DNA from: Selaginella moellendorffii
Lineage: Eukaryota > Plantae > Lycopodiophyta
NCBI RefSeq assembly: GCF_000143415.4
Contig: NW_003314290.1
Location: 124,001-188,000 of the forward strand
Length of the DNA stretch: 64,000 bases
Direction: 5' to 3'
Shown: positions 47,357-59,450 of the stretch, one piece after another
Numbering within the stretch: position 1 is the first letter of the stretch
How the letters are laid out: each line of letters opens with the position of its first letter
The notes under the pieces: model-generated
What the model was told of the DNA's origin: nothing
Databases searched by the model: none
Seen by the model: only the letters and a program-made list of their open reading frames with translations
Translations under genes and position numbers: made by a program

Positions 47357-48365
47357 CAGAGACCAAGACCAAGTATGAATCCGAGACCAAGATCGAGTTC
47401 GAGTCCAAAGCGATCAACCCCTGAGGGGTGTTCAGGGGGTTCCAAAAGTAGGGAGAGTGTGGGGGTTGGACCCTAGTGGAGCTAATTTGGCCTAGGAAAG
47501 CCATACTCAGCTGTTGGGTGATGGGATGACCACTGGGAAGGCTAGAGTGAATACAAACCAACAAACGGGATAGCTTGGTGAAGTGTTCAAGAATCGGCTT
47601 TAGTTCCTTCAGGAGATCGAATGGTCGATGCTCCCAATCCAAGTATGGGTAGCACTACCTACTTGGATACCTGGCATGGCTCAACAAAACCTTGCTCTAA
47701 GCCCATGGCTAGAGCACCCAAAGGCGAAAGGCAGGAAGAGTACCCATGAGGCCTGCATAGGGCCACGGTGTTCCGAAATGTTATCCCCAAGTCCCGGACT
47801 ATGGAAAGGAAGAAGAATAGTCCTCTGGTGTGGTGACCAAGGAAATAGTCACATAGTGAGGAAGTCCTAAAGGATAGTGGGATTTAATGGTCGGGCTTGT
47901 GGGCCTTGATCCAGAGGTAGTGTTGGCGAACACGGCTACGGACAGAAAGGGACTTGGTGGGGATTGTAAAAGGGATATTGAGGAAGACTGTACCCTATGT
48001 CTGCAGGCATCCTAAGGATGCTAAAGAGTGGATTTGGGGTGATCACTCATGGACGGATGACCCAGTCTTTGAGAGACGGGACTGTGATGCAGGTGGTGTT
48101 GGACCACCGGTGTGACCAAAGTGAATAGGCATGGTCTTAGCGTAATAGGCTGATATGTCGGTGGTATCTTGGGGTATCGATCATGGGATCAAACACGTGG
48201 AGCACTTGGACCAAGTGCAAAGGTTGAGTGGCATGGATGCAATTCTCGGGGCTAGCAAACCCCAAGTCCTGAATTGAATTTATGGAGGTTGTGAATGAAA
48301 CTCCTCCAAGTGGTCAGAGGTATAGTTAAGTGACTAAAGTAGAATGGAAAAATTAATCACTTACA
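47357..48365 (+). mobile_element. 5'-truncated family-B LTR (solo-type), abutting B2 back-to-back
   Basis: Ends ...gtagaatggaaaaattaatcacttaca like the B1 LTR; no PBS follows. Confidence 0.8.
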
Positions 48366-49650
48366 ATTGGGTAAAATAATGCTGTAGCACATGAATGTAC
48401 TTCAAAATCCACCCCTATGAAAGAGTGTTTCCACTTTTGCAAGATAAATCATGGCAAGAAATTCTTTATTATAAACTGAGTAATGAGATTCTGCACTTGA
48501 AAATTTATAGCTTTCAAAAGCGATTACATGATTGTCTTACATAAGTATAACACTGATTCTGGCATAATCACTATGAAAATAAAAGTTGTCATCATTGCCA
48601 TCTTAAGTTGTGCAAAGCTAGAAGCTGCTGCTTCATTCCACTAAAAAAGAGCATTCTTATAAAGTAAATTACTCAAGGAAGATGCTATCACAGAAAAATA
48701 CTTGATAAGCTTGCAATAGAATACTACAAGACCCAAAAACGAGTGGACTTCATGTGGATTGTGAAGATTTTGCCACATCCTTATTGCCTTGACCTTGTGA
48801 GCATTCCCCTAGAGGTCAGCACATGCCCAAGATACTCAATATAATCTTGAAAGAAGAAACTCTTCTTTGGATTCAAATAGAACTTATTTTTCTTGAGCAA
48901 GTTAAGCACATTATATGCCAATTGAACATGTTCTTCTTCAATCTTAGTGTAGATGAGTATATCATCCAAGTATACAAACTCCTTTTTGCAAATGATTTTG
49001 AAATAAATTGTTTATAGCTGCCATAAATGTTCCAGGAGCATTAGTGAGTCCAACGGGCATGACCAAATATTCATAGTGGCCAAAAGCAATCTAAAATGCT
49101 ATCTTAAATTCATCTCTTGCCTTAATTCAAACTTGGTGATAGCCACTCTTAAGATAAATCTTAGAAAAGTAACATGCACCTTGAAGACAATCTAAAAGAT
49201 TGTCAATATGTGGTGAAGGATAAGAATTCTTCACAGTCATTTTATTGAGAGCTCGATAGCTAACACAAAGTTGCATGGAGCCATCCTTTTTCATGACCAG
49301 CAGTTCTAAAGCTCCAAAAAGACTTTGACTTGGCTGAATATAACCTTTCGCTTGTAGGTCTTTTAGCTGATGTTCTTTAGTTGTAAGTGATTTTGCATGA
49401 GAAACTTGATAGAGAGCTCTAGACATTGGTTGTAAGCTTAGTTCAAGCTCAATAGCATGATCTACCATTTGTTGTGGTGGTAGATCTGAACTTGATTCTT
49501 GCTATAAGTAATCTTCATATTCTCGTAAAGGAAAAGATATTGGAAACAATGGACTTTCCTTTACTAGTGCTTTAATCTTTATTGCAAAAAGCACAATACC
49601 TTTCCTAAACTTGTGTAGCTGTGATAAGTGGAGTCAAAAGCAAATTGTGT
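48366..49650 (-). mobile_element. Ty3/Gypsy pol relic (RT and RNase H)
   Basis: VDHAIEL...[87 protein letters not shown]...YSVYNKEFLA; multiple stops. Confidence 0.9.
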
Positions 49651-50107
49651 TCACCCTTCCAGACTTTCTGGCCACCTTCAGTTTAAGAATGTGCTTGTAA
49701 AAGTAAAAGTAAAAGGCTTTGGAAGCAAACACTAAATTATATAACTAACTTAAATAGCCTTGACAAAAATGATGTAATTATCATCAAAATGTATAAATGT
49801 GTACTTGAAGACATATAGAAGAAGACTCCAATCTTTATGTAAACCATTATACCACTACAACATTATCCTTTGAAGACATATAGGAAACTCACACAAATAC
49901 TAAATATCATCCTAAGAATGATAAGTGGCAATCACCATAAAGTGATCAGATTAATAATACATATCACCAAAAGTCATACAGAAGAGTAAAAGTTACATAC
50001 ATTAATTGAGTTTGATTGTTCAACTATAACCATATAGCATCAAGTAACTGTACCAATTGTTGCTCTAAAAGAGGAGGAGGAGGTTGCTTTGCCATGAAGA
50101 TGAATAT

Positions 50108-50881
50108 TACACACACACACACAGATATATATACATATATATATATATACATATACATATATACATATACACAAGGTAAAAGTAAAAGTAAAAGGCTTTG
50201 GAAGCAAACACTAAATTATGTATATGTATTCCTATATACATACATATATATACATACATACATACATACATATACATACATACATACATATACATACATA
50301 CATACATACATATACATATATATACATACATACATACATATACATACATATACATACATACACACATATACATACATACACACATACATACACACACATA
50401 CACACATATACATACATACACACATACACACATACATACATACACACATACATATACATACATACATACATACATACATACATACATACATACATACACA
50501 CATACATATACATACATACACATACATACATATATACATATACATACATATACATACATATATACATATATATATACAGATATACATATATATATACATA
50601 TATACAGATATACATACATATATACAGATATATATACATATATATACAGATACATATATACAGATATATACATATACATATATACATATATATATATATA
50701 CATATACATATACATATACATATATATACATATACATATACATACATATACATATACATATACATATATATACATATACATATACATATACATAGATATA
50801 CATATACATACATATACATATACATAGATATACATAGATATACATATACATAGATATACATATACATATACATAGATATAC

Positions 50882-50913
<32 letters not shown>

Positions 50914-51136
50914 ATGTATGTATGTATGTATGTATATATATGTATATGTATGTATGTATGTATATATATGTATATGTATGTATGTATATGTATATGTATA
51001 TGTATATATATATGTATATATATATGTATGTATATGTATATGTATGTATATATATATATATGTATGTATATATATATGTATGTGTATATATATATGTATA
51101 TGTGTATATATATATATATATGTATGTATATATATA

Positions 51137-51185
<49 letters not shown>

Positions 51186-51496
51186 GTATATGTATATATG
51201 TATATGTATATATGTATATGTATATGTATATATATATGTATATATGTATATGTATATGTATATATATATGTATATATGTATATGTATATATATATGTATA
51301 TATGTATATGTATATATATATGTATATATGTATATGTATATATATATGTATATATGTATATGTATATATATATGTATATATGTATATATATATGTATATG
51401 TATATATGTATATATGTATATATGTATATGTATATGTATATATGTATATGTATATATGTATATATATGTATATGTATATGTATATATGTATATATG

Positions 51497-51527
<31 letters not shown>

Positions 51528-51624
51528 GTATATGTATATGTATATATATATGTATGTATATATATATATATGTATGTATATATATATATATATGTATATA
51601 TATATGTATATGTATATATATATA
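50108..51624. repeat. Compound (TA)/(TACA)/(TATG) microsatellite, ~1.5 kb, strand-inverted at ~50906
   Basis: Left arm TACA/TA, right arm TATG/TA, junction tacatgta. Confidence 0.95.
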
Positions 51625-53287
51625 AGCCATCAAAACTATAAATATTTAATATGAATCACATTCAATCTCTAGATTCCTTGACCTTATACTCTTCTACTAT
51701 AATTATATTTGATCTACTTTCATTAATTTTTACAATTCTTCTTGGACCACCAGTTTTTTTACTGCCTTGTTGCCAGGCTAAATGACAAAATAACTAACTC
51801 TAAATCAGTAATAATAAATTTTAATTAGTAAATATTGTTAATTGGAATATAATTTTGTAATTAACAAATATCTATGTTCCTTCTTACATTCTATTTCTTC
51901 ATTTTCTTTAGTAGATTGGAATATGTAGATCATGCGTAAGATAGTAATATTTCTTTCTCTAGTTTTATTGAGAGAATTAATAGTAAGATATTTTATTTTA
52001 TTTTATTTTGTATAATGGTTGATCTTCTTCTAGAAAAAATAGAATGTAAAAGATGCTATCAATCATTGATATATGGATATGATAATTGAGGTTATAAAAA
52101 TGGTTAAAAGTGGAATTGTAAAAATTGCAATACAACAAAATCACTTAGAACTAGTACTTAGTTTATAATAGCAATTTTACATTTGCTCAAATAGCTTCAA
52201 ATGATATATTACTAATGCATTAAAATGCCATAAAATCAAGCTTATATTGAGTTTAATTTTAAAAGTGAGCACATGACAATGAATTGGTATGAAAATATAA
52301 TTGTGATAGAAGATCAAAAGGTCAATGAGTCTATAAAGGAATTGAATGTGATTTAGATTAATTGTTTATGATTCTAGTGGCTAATTATACATTATAACTT
52401 TATTTTATGTATTATATACATATATAGAACCACAATAAGTTTTATTTCTATTATTATAATTTTAGAATTAAATAATAATTATAATTAATATTTTGGAACA
52501 ATCATATATAGAAATTATTATTATAACTAAGAGTGATTGGATCAGTTGAACTTCACTTATTATACAATCAACCACTTAAAATTTTGTTAAGTTTTGTTAG
52601 TTCCTCACTATGGTACAATGAAGGATTATACACCTCTTACTTTCAAGAATATATTTTCTAAAAAAATGAAGGAAATTTTATTTAATATTCTATATAATTA
52701 AAGTAGAATAAAATATATTTTTTAATTTGTACTTTTAAATACTTTAATCTTGACAGCTACCTCAACCCAAACTAATCTTTAACATAAGCAATGAGGGATA
52801 CACTTGATTCTCAATTTGAAAGAGATCATTCATTGTATTCTGCAATCACATGATGGAGTGTTTTCATCTTGAGGGCCTTGAGAGTGGTCGAGCCATACAA
52901 TATTTGTAGTAAGGATCTAAAGAACTCCTCAAAAAGTTTTTATTTCTCAGCTTTCTAAACTCGTCACCCTGCCATTTGTTGAATTCTCTAAACCTCAAGC
53001 GCAGTACCACACAGCCCACGCAAGTTCTCGAGCGTGGCACCGCCGTCACTTTTGCCTTGAATCCACGTGGTATCTAAGAGATTGGGCTATTAATCTGTGG
53101 AAGAGATCACCGCCAAAGAGATTTTCATCAAAGCCACTTCGGTTAAGATTCGGAGAAGCTACTGCGATACTTGGCCTTGGACCAAAGGCAAAAGTTACAC
53201 TCAATCTTTTTCATCTCCGAAAGACTTGGCTTTTTGAATGACTTTTGTCCCTTGACAAAATCTTTAGGGTGCTTCTGCTGTGTGGTC

Positions 53288-54556
53288 ATGGAATCCTTTT
53301 GCAAGGACGAGTATAACGTAGGAACAACTACAAGTAGCATCCATGAGCAAATTACCAGAGTTCACTTTGAAGGAGGTTCTTCATTTGATGCATGGCACCG
53401 CAGGCAGCTCTCACTACAAATTTTTCAAATTTTAGAAAGAATCATTAATCCAAACGTTTCTCCTTTTCCTCGTCCAAAATTTATCGAAAGAAGGATTTAT
53501 CCCTTACAAATTGTGTGCAGATTTTCACACTCTGGCAAAAATGGGACCTACATCTGGAATAATATATAAACTTTTTTATGGTGCGTTTGGCTGCTATATA
53601 ACTATGTGCTTGTACATGGACTATGTGCAAATTCTTGAAAGACACAATTCTCGTAGGAAAAATCACATTATTCAAGTAGAAAAGCAAGAAAGAAATTATT
53701 TCGATAGCTTTAAAATATGATAGGTATGAAGTTTTAGATGGTCTTCTAGGACGGTGGTGGAGAGCAGCTGGTTTGTTATTAACTGTGCCTTGATGGTGAG
53801 CACCTCAACAATTCAACTCATAGCTTGTGGGAAGCAGGTAATCCAGAACAGCATCATCTGGTACATAAATAGGACATATGTATTTGGGGCTCTTTGTTTT
53901 TCAGCAATACTTATTCCAACAGCACAGAATTATAGACTTCGGGTGTTTTCCGGAATGTTTATGACAAGCTATACAGCTTGGTATTTGACTATTGCATCTA
54001 TATTCTTTGAAAAGGTACGCCTAAGTTCATTGCTATTTTGAGTTTAGAAACTTTCACAGAATGTACAACACTCAGCACTATTATCTATGCATTTGGTATT
54101 CATGCTTTAACATTATAAGAAAAATACTTTAAGTTTGTTTCTTCCTCGACAAAGCTATAACCTACAGAGAAATTGTTGAAGCTATGGATAAACCAAGAAA
54201 GGACAAGACAATCTATGTCTATGCAATCCATATCTTCACACTTACACTCCCATCTGCAGTAAGTGTGTATTGGAGATTTGGTGATCAAATGTTCTTTCCC
54301 ATCAGGTGGACTTAAAAACTTCATGATAATCTATTTTGCTTTCTTTTTTCAGTTCAGGTAGGCACACTTTTCTTTCAAGTATCTTCCATATCATAACATT
54401 TTCATTTCAAATAGAGCAGCCACCCTTTTGGATCAAGAGCTGGGTGGGTGTTTACTGCATCAACCTTGGATTGGTTGGAATCATAGGCATAGGCTTTGGT
54501 TCCTGATGCACAAGGTGCAAAAATTTAAATTGTTTGCCAAATGTTTCCAATGTTAA
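53288..54556 (+). pseudogene. AUX1/LAX-like copy C, heavily deleted pseudogene
   Basis: MESFCKDE...GGSSFDAW, RKNHIIQ, YTAWYLTIASIFFEK. Deletions remove most of exon 7; frameshifts are present. Confidence 0.88.
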
Positions 54557-54571
54557 CTCAATAACCTGCCA

Positions 54572-57199
54572 TTAACGTGAAGAAAAACCATTAGCTTCCA
54601 TAGCCAAAAGCATCCTGGATTGATCCTCCCACAAGCCCAAGCTCTCGTACAAGCTCGCCATGAGCACATACGCCGCCGCCAGCCCTCGATCCAAAGCCAT
54701 CACCCTCTCAAACGCGAGCACTGCAAGCTCCACATTCTTCCACTTGCAACACGCGGCCAGCAAGCTCGTCCAAGTCTCCACGCCGGCCTCGAAAGGCATG
54801 GTTTCCGCGACGAGCATCGCCTCCTCAAGCTCGTTCGCGCGTCCCAGAAGATCAACCATGCAGTGGTAGTGCTCAATCCTGGCCACCACCTCGCCGGAGC
54901 TACAACTCGCCGCTACCATTCCCTGGAAGATCTCTCTCCCAGCGTCCACCAGCCCAGCCCGGCCGCAAGCGCTCAGGATGGCGAGAAAGGTGACACCGTC
55001 TGGAGGGCGAGATCTGGAAGAGGCCATCTCCCGGAAGAGCTCCAGCGCCAGCTTCGTCTCTCCCTCGCGGCTATACCCTGCTATGAGCGCCGTCCATGCC
55101 ACCGAGTCCGTGCCTCTCGCCTCGGCCGAGTCGAAGACGCGACGAGCAGCGTCCGTGCTGCCACACTTGCCGTAGAAATCCACCAGTCCTGTTACGACGA
55201 GAGCCTCCGAGTCGAGTCCGGCCTTACAAGCGCTCGCGTGGACGGCCTTCCCGGCTTGCAAGTCCGCCGCGTTGCCGCAAGCTTTGAGAACCGCTACCAG
55301 AGTCCGGCAGTCGGGCCTGGAGCCATACCCGGCCTCCTGCGAGTCGATCATCCTCACGAAGACCTCGTACGCGGCTCTCTCCTGGCCGTTGTCCGTGTAG
55401 CCGAGGATGAGCGAGTTCCATGACACTGAGCTGTGAACCGGCATCCCGTCGAAGACCATCCGAGCGTCGCTCATGCTGCCGCACTTGCCGTATAAGTCCA
55501 CCAGGCTGCTGCTCACGAACAGGTCCTTGTCGAATCCAGTCTTGGCAACGGCAGCGTGGAGAGCCATGCACCTCTCCAGTCCAGCCAGCTTCTTCGCGTC
55601 GGCTCGAGTGTTGAGTGCCTCGACGCTGCTTTCACTCGCTGCCGCCACCAAGCCCGTGCAAGCCTTGAGAGCAGCAACGAACGTCCGGGAGTCTGGAGAT
55701 ATTTCCTGCTCTGTGATCATCCGTTCGAAAAGGTGGAGAGCTTGTTCGGCTTGTCCGTTCTCTGCGTATCCCAGTATCAGCGTGTTCCAGAGCACTAGAC
55801 CGCGCTGCTGCTGCTTCACGCCGTCGAAAACTCTGTACGCAGCATCCATGCAGCCGCACTTGGAGTACATTTCCACCAGCGAGCTGCAAACGAAGCTGTC
55901 CGACTCGCACTTGTGCTTGATGACTTGAGAGTGAATAGCCATTCCCTTGTCCAGAGCTGCCTGCTTTGACGCTCCGTGCTTGGCGCCTTGTTCTTCACTC
56001 GCTAAAGTAGAGCAGGCCTTGAGCAGTGCCACGAAGGTCCGAGCGTCTGGTTGACAACGCGCCTCCGCTTGCATGGCCGAGAAGAGACGAAGAACTTCAT
56101 AGCTGGAGCTCACGGACTTCGACTCAGCATATCCCAGCAATAAAATGTTCCAGGAGACCACGTCGTGCTGCTCCGTGCGGTCGAAGACACCGTGAGCTTC
56201 CACCATTCTTCCGCACTTCACGTACAGATCGACGAGAGTGTTGGCCACAAAGATGTTGGAGTCCCAGCCGTGAAGACACGCTCGAGCATGAATCGCCATG
56301 CCCCTCTCGAGAGCAAGAAAGCTGTTTTTCCTGGCCAGCTCCATGTCGTTTACTGAGACCTTGGTCGCTTCCTCTCTACTCGCGGCTGCAATCCCAGCAC
56401 AGGCCTTCAATGCAGCGACGAAACTTCGATGGTCACACTCGCAGTCGGAGGAGGTGACCATCGTCACAAACAGCTGCAGTGCTTCCTCGAGGTCTTCTCG
56501 GTGCTCGGCGTACCCGGATATGAGGCAGTTCCACGAAACAGCATCGCGGAAGGCCATTCCATCGAAGATCTTCCTCGCTTCCGCCATGTTCCCGCACTTG
56601 GAGTACATGTCAAGGAGCGTGTTGGCGACGAAGATGTCGGTGTCAAATCCCCCGCTTGCAGCCCGTGCATGAACTTTCATCCCTCTCTTCAAGGCCCTGA
56701 CTTTCACCATCCTGTTGCTGCTGCCAACTTGCGTTGCTTCTTCGTTCGCAGCCAAGGTCGAGCAGGCCTTCACGGCAGCGACAAATGTTCTCGAGTTTGG
56801 CTCACAGCCCGAGGCTTGCATTTGCTGAAGCAAATCCAGAGCCACGTCGCCTTCGCCATTGTCAGCATGTCCCAGGACGAGGACATTCCAGAGGACGACG
56901 TCGGGGTGGTGGACTTTGTCGAAAGCCGTACGGGCGTCTGCCGTGCTGCCGCACTTGGCATACATTTCCACCAGCTTGCTGGCCACGAATATGTTGGTGT
57001 CGGCCCCTGCTTTGCTTGCCTCGGAGTGGATTCTTCTGCCTCGTTCTAGGTCTTTTGTGCTCGTGCATGCCTTCAAGGTGTTGAGTAGCAGCGGGATATT
57101 TGTCGGCAATTTCTTCTGTCTCCCTCTAGACCTTTCAATTCCCCCCTCTTCTCGATTCGAGTGAGGGCGACAAGTCTGAGGCTCATCCAGAAGAGCCAT
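54572..57199 (-). CDS. PLS-E class PPR protein (875 aa) with long insertions in its L motifs
   Basis: P-L-S triplets (MYSKCG...VSWN...PDxRTFVAALKAC), then EHYHCMVDLLGRA...TWTSLLAAC...AAYVLMASLY. Confidence 0.93.
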   Translation of the reverse strand: MALLDEPQTCRPHSNREEGGIERSRGRQKKLPTNIPLLLNTLKACTSTKDLERGRRIHSEASKAGADTNIFVASKLVEMYAKCGSTADARTAFDKVHHPDVVLWNVLVLGHADNGEGDVALDLLQQMQASGCEPNSRTFVAAVKACSTLAANEEATQVGSSNRMVKVRALKRGMKVHARAASGGFDTDIFVANTLLDMYSKCGNMAEARKIFDGMAFRDAVSWNCLISGYAEHREDLEEALQLFVTMVTSSDCECDHRSFVAALKACAGIAAASREEATKVSVNDMELARKNSFLALERGMAIHARACLHGWDSNIFVANTLVDLYVKCGRMVEAHGVFDRTEQHDVVSWNILLLGYAESKSVSSSYEVLRLFSAMQAEARCQPDARTFVALLKACSTLASEEQGAKHGASKQAALDKGMAIHSQVIKHKCESDSFVCSSLVEMYSKCGCMDAAYRVFDGVKQQQRGLVLWNTLILGYAENGQAEQALHLFERMITEQEISPDSRTFVAALKACTGLVAAASESSVEALNTRADAKKLAGLERCMALHAAVAKTGFDKDLFVSSSLVDLYGKCGSMSDARMVFDGMPVHSSVSWNSLILGYTDNGQERAAYEVFVRMIDSQEAGYGSRPDCRTLVAVLKACGNAADLQAGKAVHASACKAGLDSEALVVTGLVDFYGKCGSTDAARRVFDSAEARGTDSVAWTALIAGYSREGETKLALELFREMASSRSRPPDGVTFLAILSACGRAGLVDAGREIFQGMVAASCSSGEVVARIEHYHCMVDLLGRANELEEAMLVAETMPFEAGVETWTSLLAACCKWKNVELAVLAFERVMALDRGLAAAYVLMASLYESLGLWEDQSRMLLAMEANGFSSR

Positions 57200-57272
57200 G
57201 GCTATGGCGCCTCATGTGATTTCAGCAGGCGATTGGTCGTAAGAAAGTCAGTCAAAATCGTTTTCACAAATC

Positions 57273-58375
57273 TTACTTCTGTGCTAGAAAGCACTCCAGC
57301 TGCTTGATAATTGCTCTGAAACAGAACCAGTATTGCTCCTGCAATGGACAGAATATCATTTAGACAAAAGGGAAAAAAAGAGAGTAAAAAACCAAGGGCT
57401 TGGCTTACGCTCGTCTCGACTAATCCACCTCGCTGCTGTCGGAGGTACTGAACTACATCAGCAACACTCACGGCACTCAGGTCTCCACTTTGAATCCTTC
57501 TTAAAATATGGTCAATGGTAATAAAAGTTCCCGAACGACCGATTCCAGCCCTGGCATGCAAGCAGACTTAGATTCCAAGGAACACGGGCCAAGAAAAGAA
57601 AGAAAAAAAGATAAACAAGGAAGAAAGGAAGAAGATAAAGCACGAACCTGCAGTGAACGACATATGAGCATCCAGGTTGAAGCTTGTAGAGCTCCTTGAA
57701 AATTTCGAGGACGGGCTCTACCAACCTTGGGACTCCAAAGTCCGTCCACGAGTATTGAAAGTGCTCAACGCCAAAGGCCTCATGGCCGGGGGATTCCACT
57801 TCCAAAACACGCTTGGAAACTCCAAACCGACTGTGCTGCAAGCTCTTGTTCGTCACTCTGATATCTCCAAAGTTCTCGAATTCTCCTGGCCTTGATGGAA
57901 AGTAATCAGCGTAGCATTCCTACAAAACCAAAAAATAAAATAAAAAAATCGAGTAATACTCCCTCGAGCAATCGAGCAAGACACTCACAGCAGTAAGTTT
58001 GACGATTGCTCGACAGCGCTGCTGCACGATCATCTCCCAGAAACGATCTGGCGCGTCGGGATTTCCAGCGCAGATCGCCGTCGGCCCCCCGGACAGAGCC
58101 TTGTGCCGGATGAAATTCGCATTGACGAAACCGGTGGTGTCGCGGACGCCGTGAAGCTCTACCCGCGTCGCTGCCTTACAATACGGATGATCCCCTAAGT
58201 TCTGGAGCAGCTCCTTGGCCTCGATAATCCTGAGATCGTCTAGAACAAGAGATTCAGCGCTCGATTCACAATCCAAAAGAGATCACTCACTGTATTCTGC
58301 GATTGCCTGATCATGCGTCTTCGTCTTGAGCGCATCCAGCGCCTGGCGGCACCACTCGAGCTGCGCCTCCTCCAT
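57273..58375 (-). CDS. Classical protein tyrosine phosphatase (PTP1-like), divergent; 5 exons
   Basis: Spliced product contains FVNANFI, FWEMIVQQ, IVKLT, WTDFGVP, VVHCR|AGIGRSG, LRQQRGGLVET and EQYWFCF. ATG at 58375, stop at 57273-57275. Confidence 0.85.
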
Positions 58376-58459
58376 CGCCAAATTCTAGGGTTCTTGGTGG
58401 GATAGTTCTTTAGACCCTTATTATAAATAACATTGACTGTCAAATTAATAAGCGAGGAG

Positions 58460-59150
58460 AGTTTTGTGAAGCTCGGGGCGTTCCGCCGACGTTCTCAAAT
58501 TTGATGGCGGAGATGGGCAGTATGCATCCAGTTTTATTACATGAGAATGAGAATCGAAGTGAATTTCAGGTTGAATCCGACCACTATAGCAGAGATTCAT
58601 TCAGCAATCTCTCTTTCAGTCACGCAAATTCTTTTGCACTTCCAGGTTGAGGATGATCCCAAGGCAGCTGCTTTGATCACTACGAATGAGGTAAACAATC
58701 TAGGAGGAAGGAGAAAGATTTTGAATTTTTTTTTCTTTGGACAGGGAAAGTTTTTCTCGAATGGTCTTGACTTGCGATTCGCACAAAGTCGCCCGCGGAA
58801 TTTTAAGGCTTGTAGTACCAATATTAGGTCTTGAAGTTTCTTTCAACTTGAGTTGTTTTTTCCTATCGCAATCTCCTCGATCCCAGCAATCTGGTCGGTT
58901 TTCCGTGCTGACACGTTTCCTGGATCGGTTGTCAGTGGCCATGCTTCAGCCGGAGGATTTGCAATGAATCCATTCCTGGAGTTGTATGGAGGTTGATCTC
59001 CACCTGTGAAACCGTGAGAAAAGTTTTGTACAAGGAAGAGAAAACCTGCCTCGTTCATGAAAATATAGCCACGGTCAATTCGCACCACCCGGTAGTCGTG
59101 TGCAAGTGCGAGCATGCGCTACCAGTCTCCACTTTCCACAAAACTCTCCT
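58460..59150 (+). pseudogene. Delta3,Delta2-enoyl-CoA isomerase (crotonase family) pseudogene with an inverted internal segment at 58961-59115
   Basis: + strand: RLNPTTIAEIHSA, ALITTNE|GKFFSNGLDL, VSGHASAGGF. - strand: MLALAHDYRVVRIDRGYIFMNE|VEI. Confidence 0.8.
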
Positions 59151-59254
59151 CTCCTCATAAGTCCCTTCTTTCATTTTCAAGTGAAAGAGAGCTATTTGTG
59201 CCTGGTCGAAGAAAACAAAACAATGTCACTCTCTCTACATTGACATGACTGTTT

Positions 59255-59450
59255 CGCTGCCTCGCACAGGAATCGGAGCTTTCAAGGGTCGTCAGCCAAA
59301 CTTTTCTACAAAGGCTCCTGCGTTGGATCCTTTGGAATCATCCATCCTCAGGTAATTAAATTCGTCACGAGATCTCTTTTAAGCTCGGTTGCTCAAGAAC
59401 TTCGACATTCCGGATGCCTGCTCTTACATTGAGATGGAAATAGAAGAGCA
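59255..59450 (+). pseudogene. Duplicated, decayed last two exons of the PheRS beta gene
   Basis: Near copy of 25840-26035 with frameshifts and a lost splice acceptor. Confidence 0.88.

Noticed and set aside
50016-51654. Nine long Y/I/H/M/C/V-rich ORFs (up to 508 aa)
   Set aside because: Artefacts of a stop-free microsatellite.
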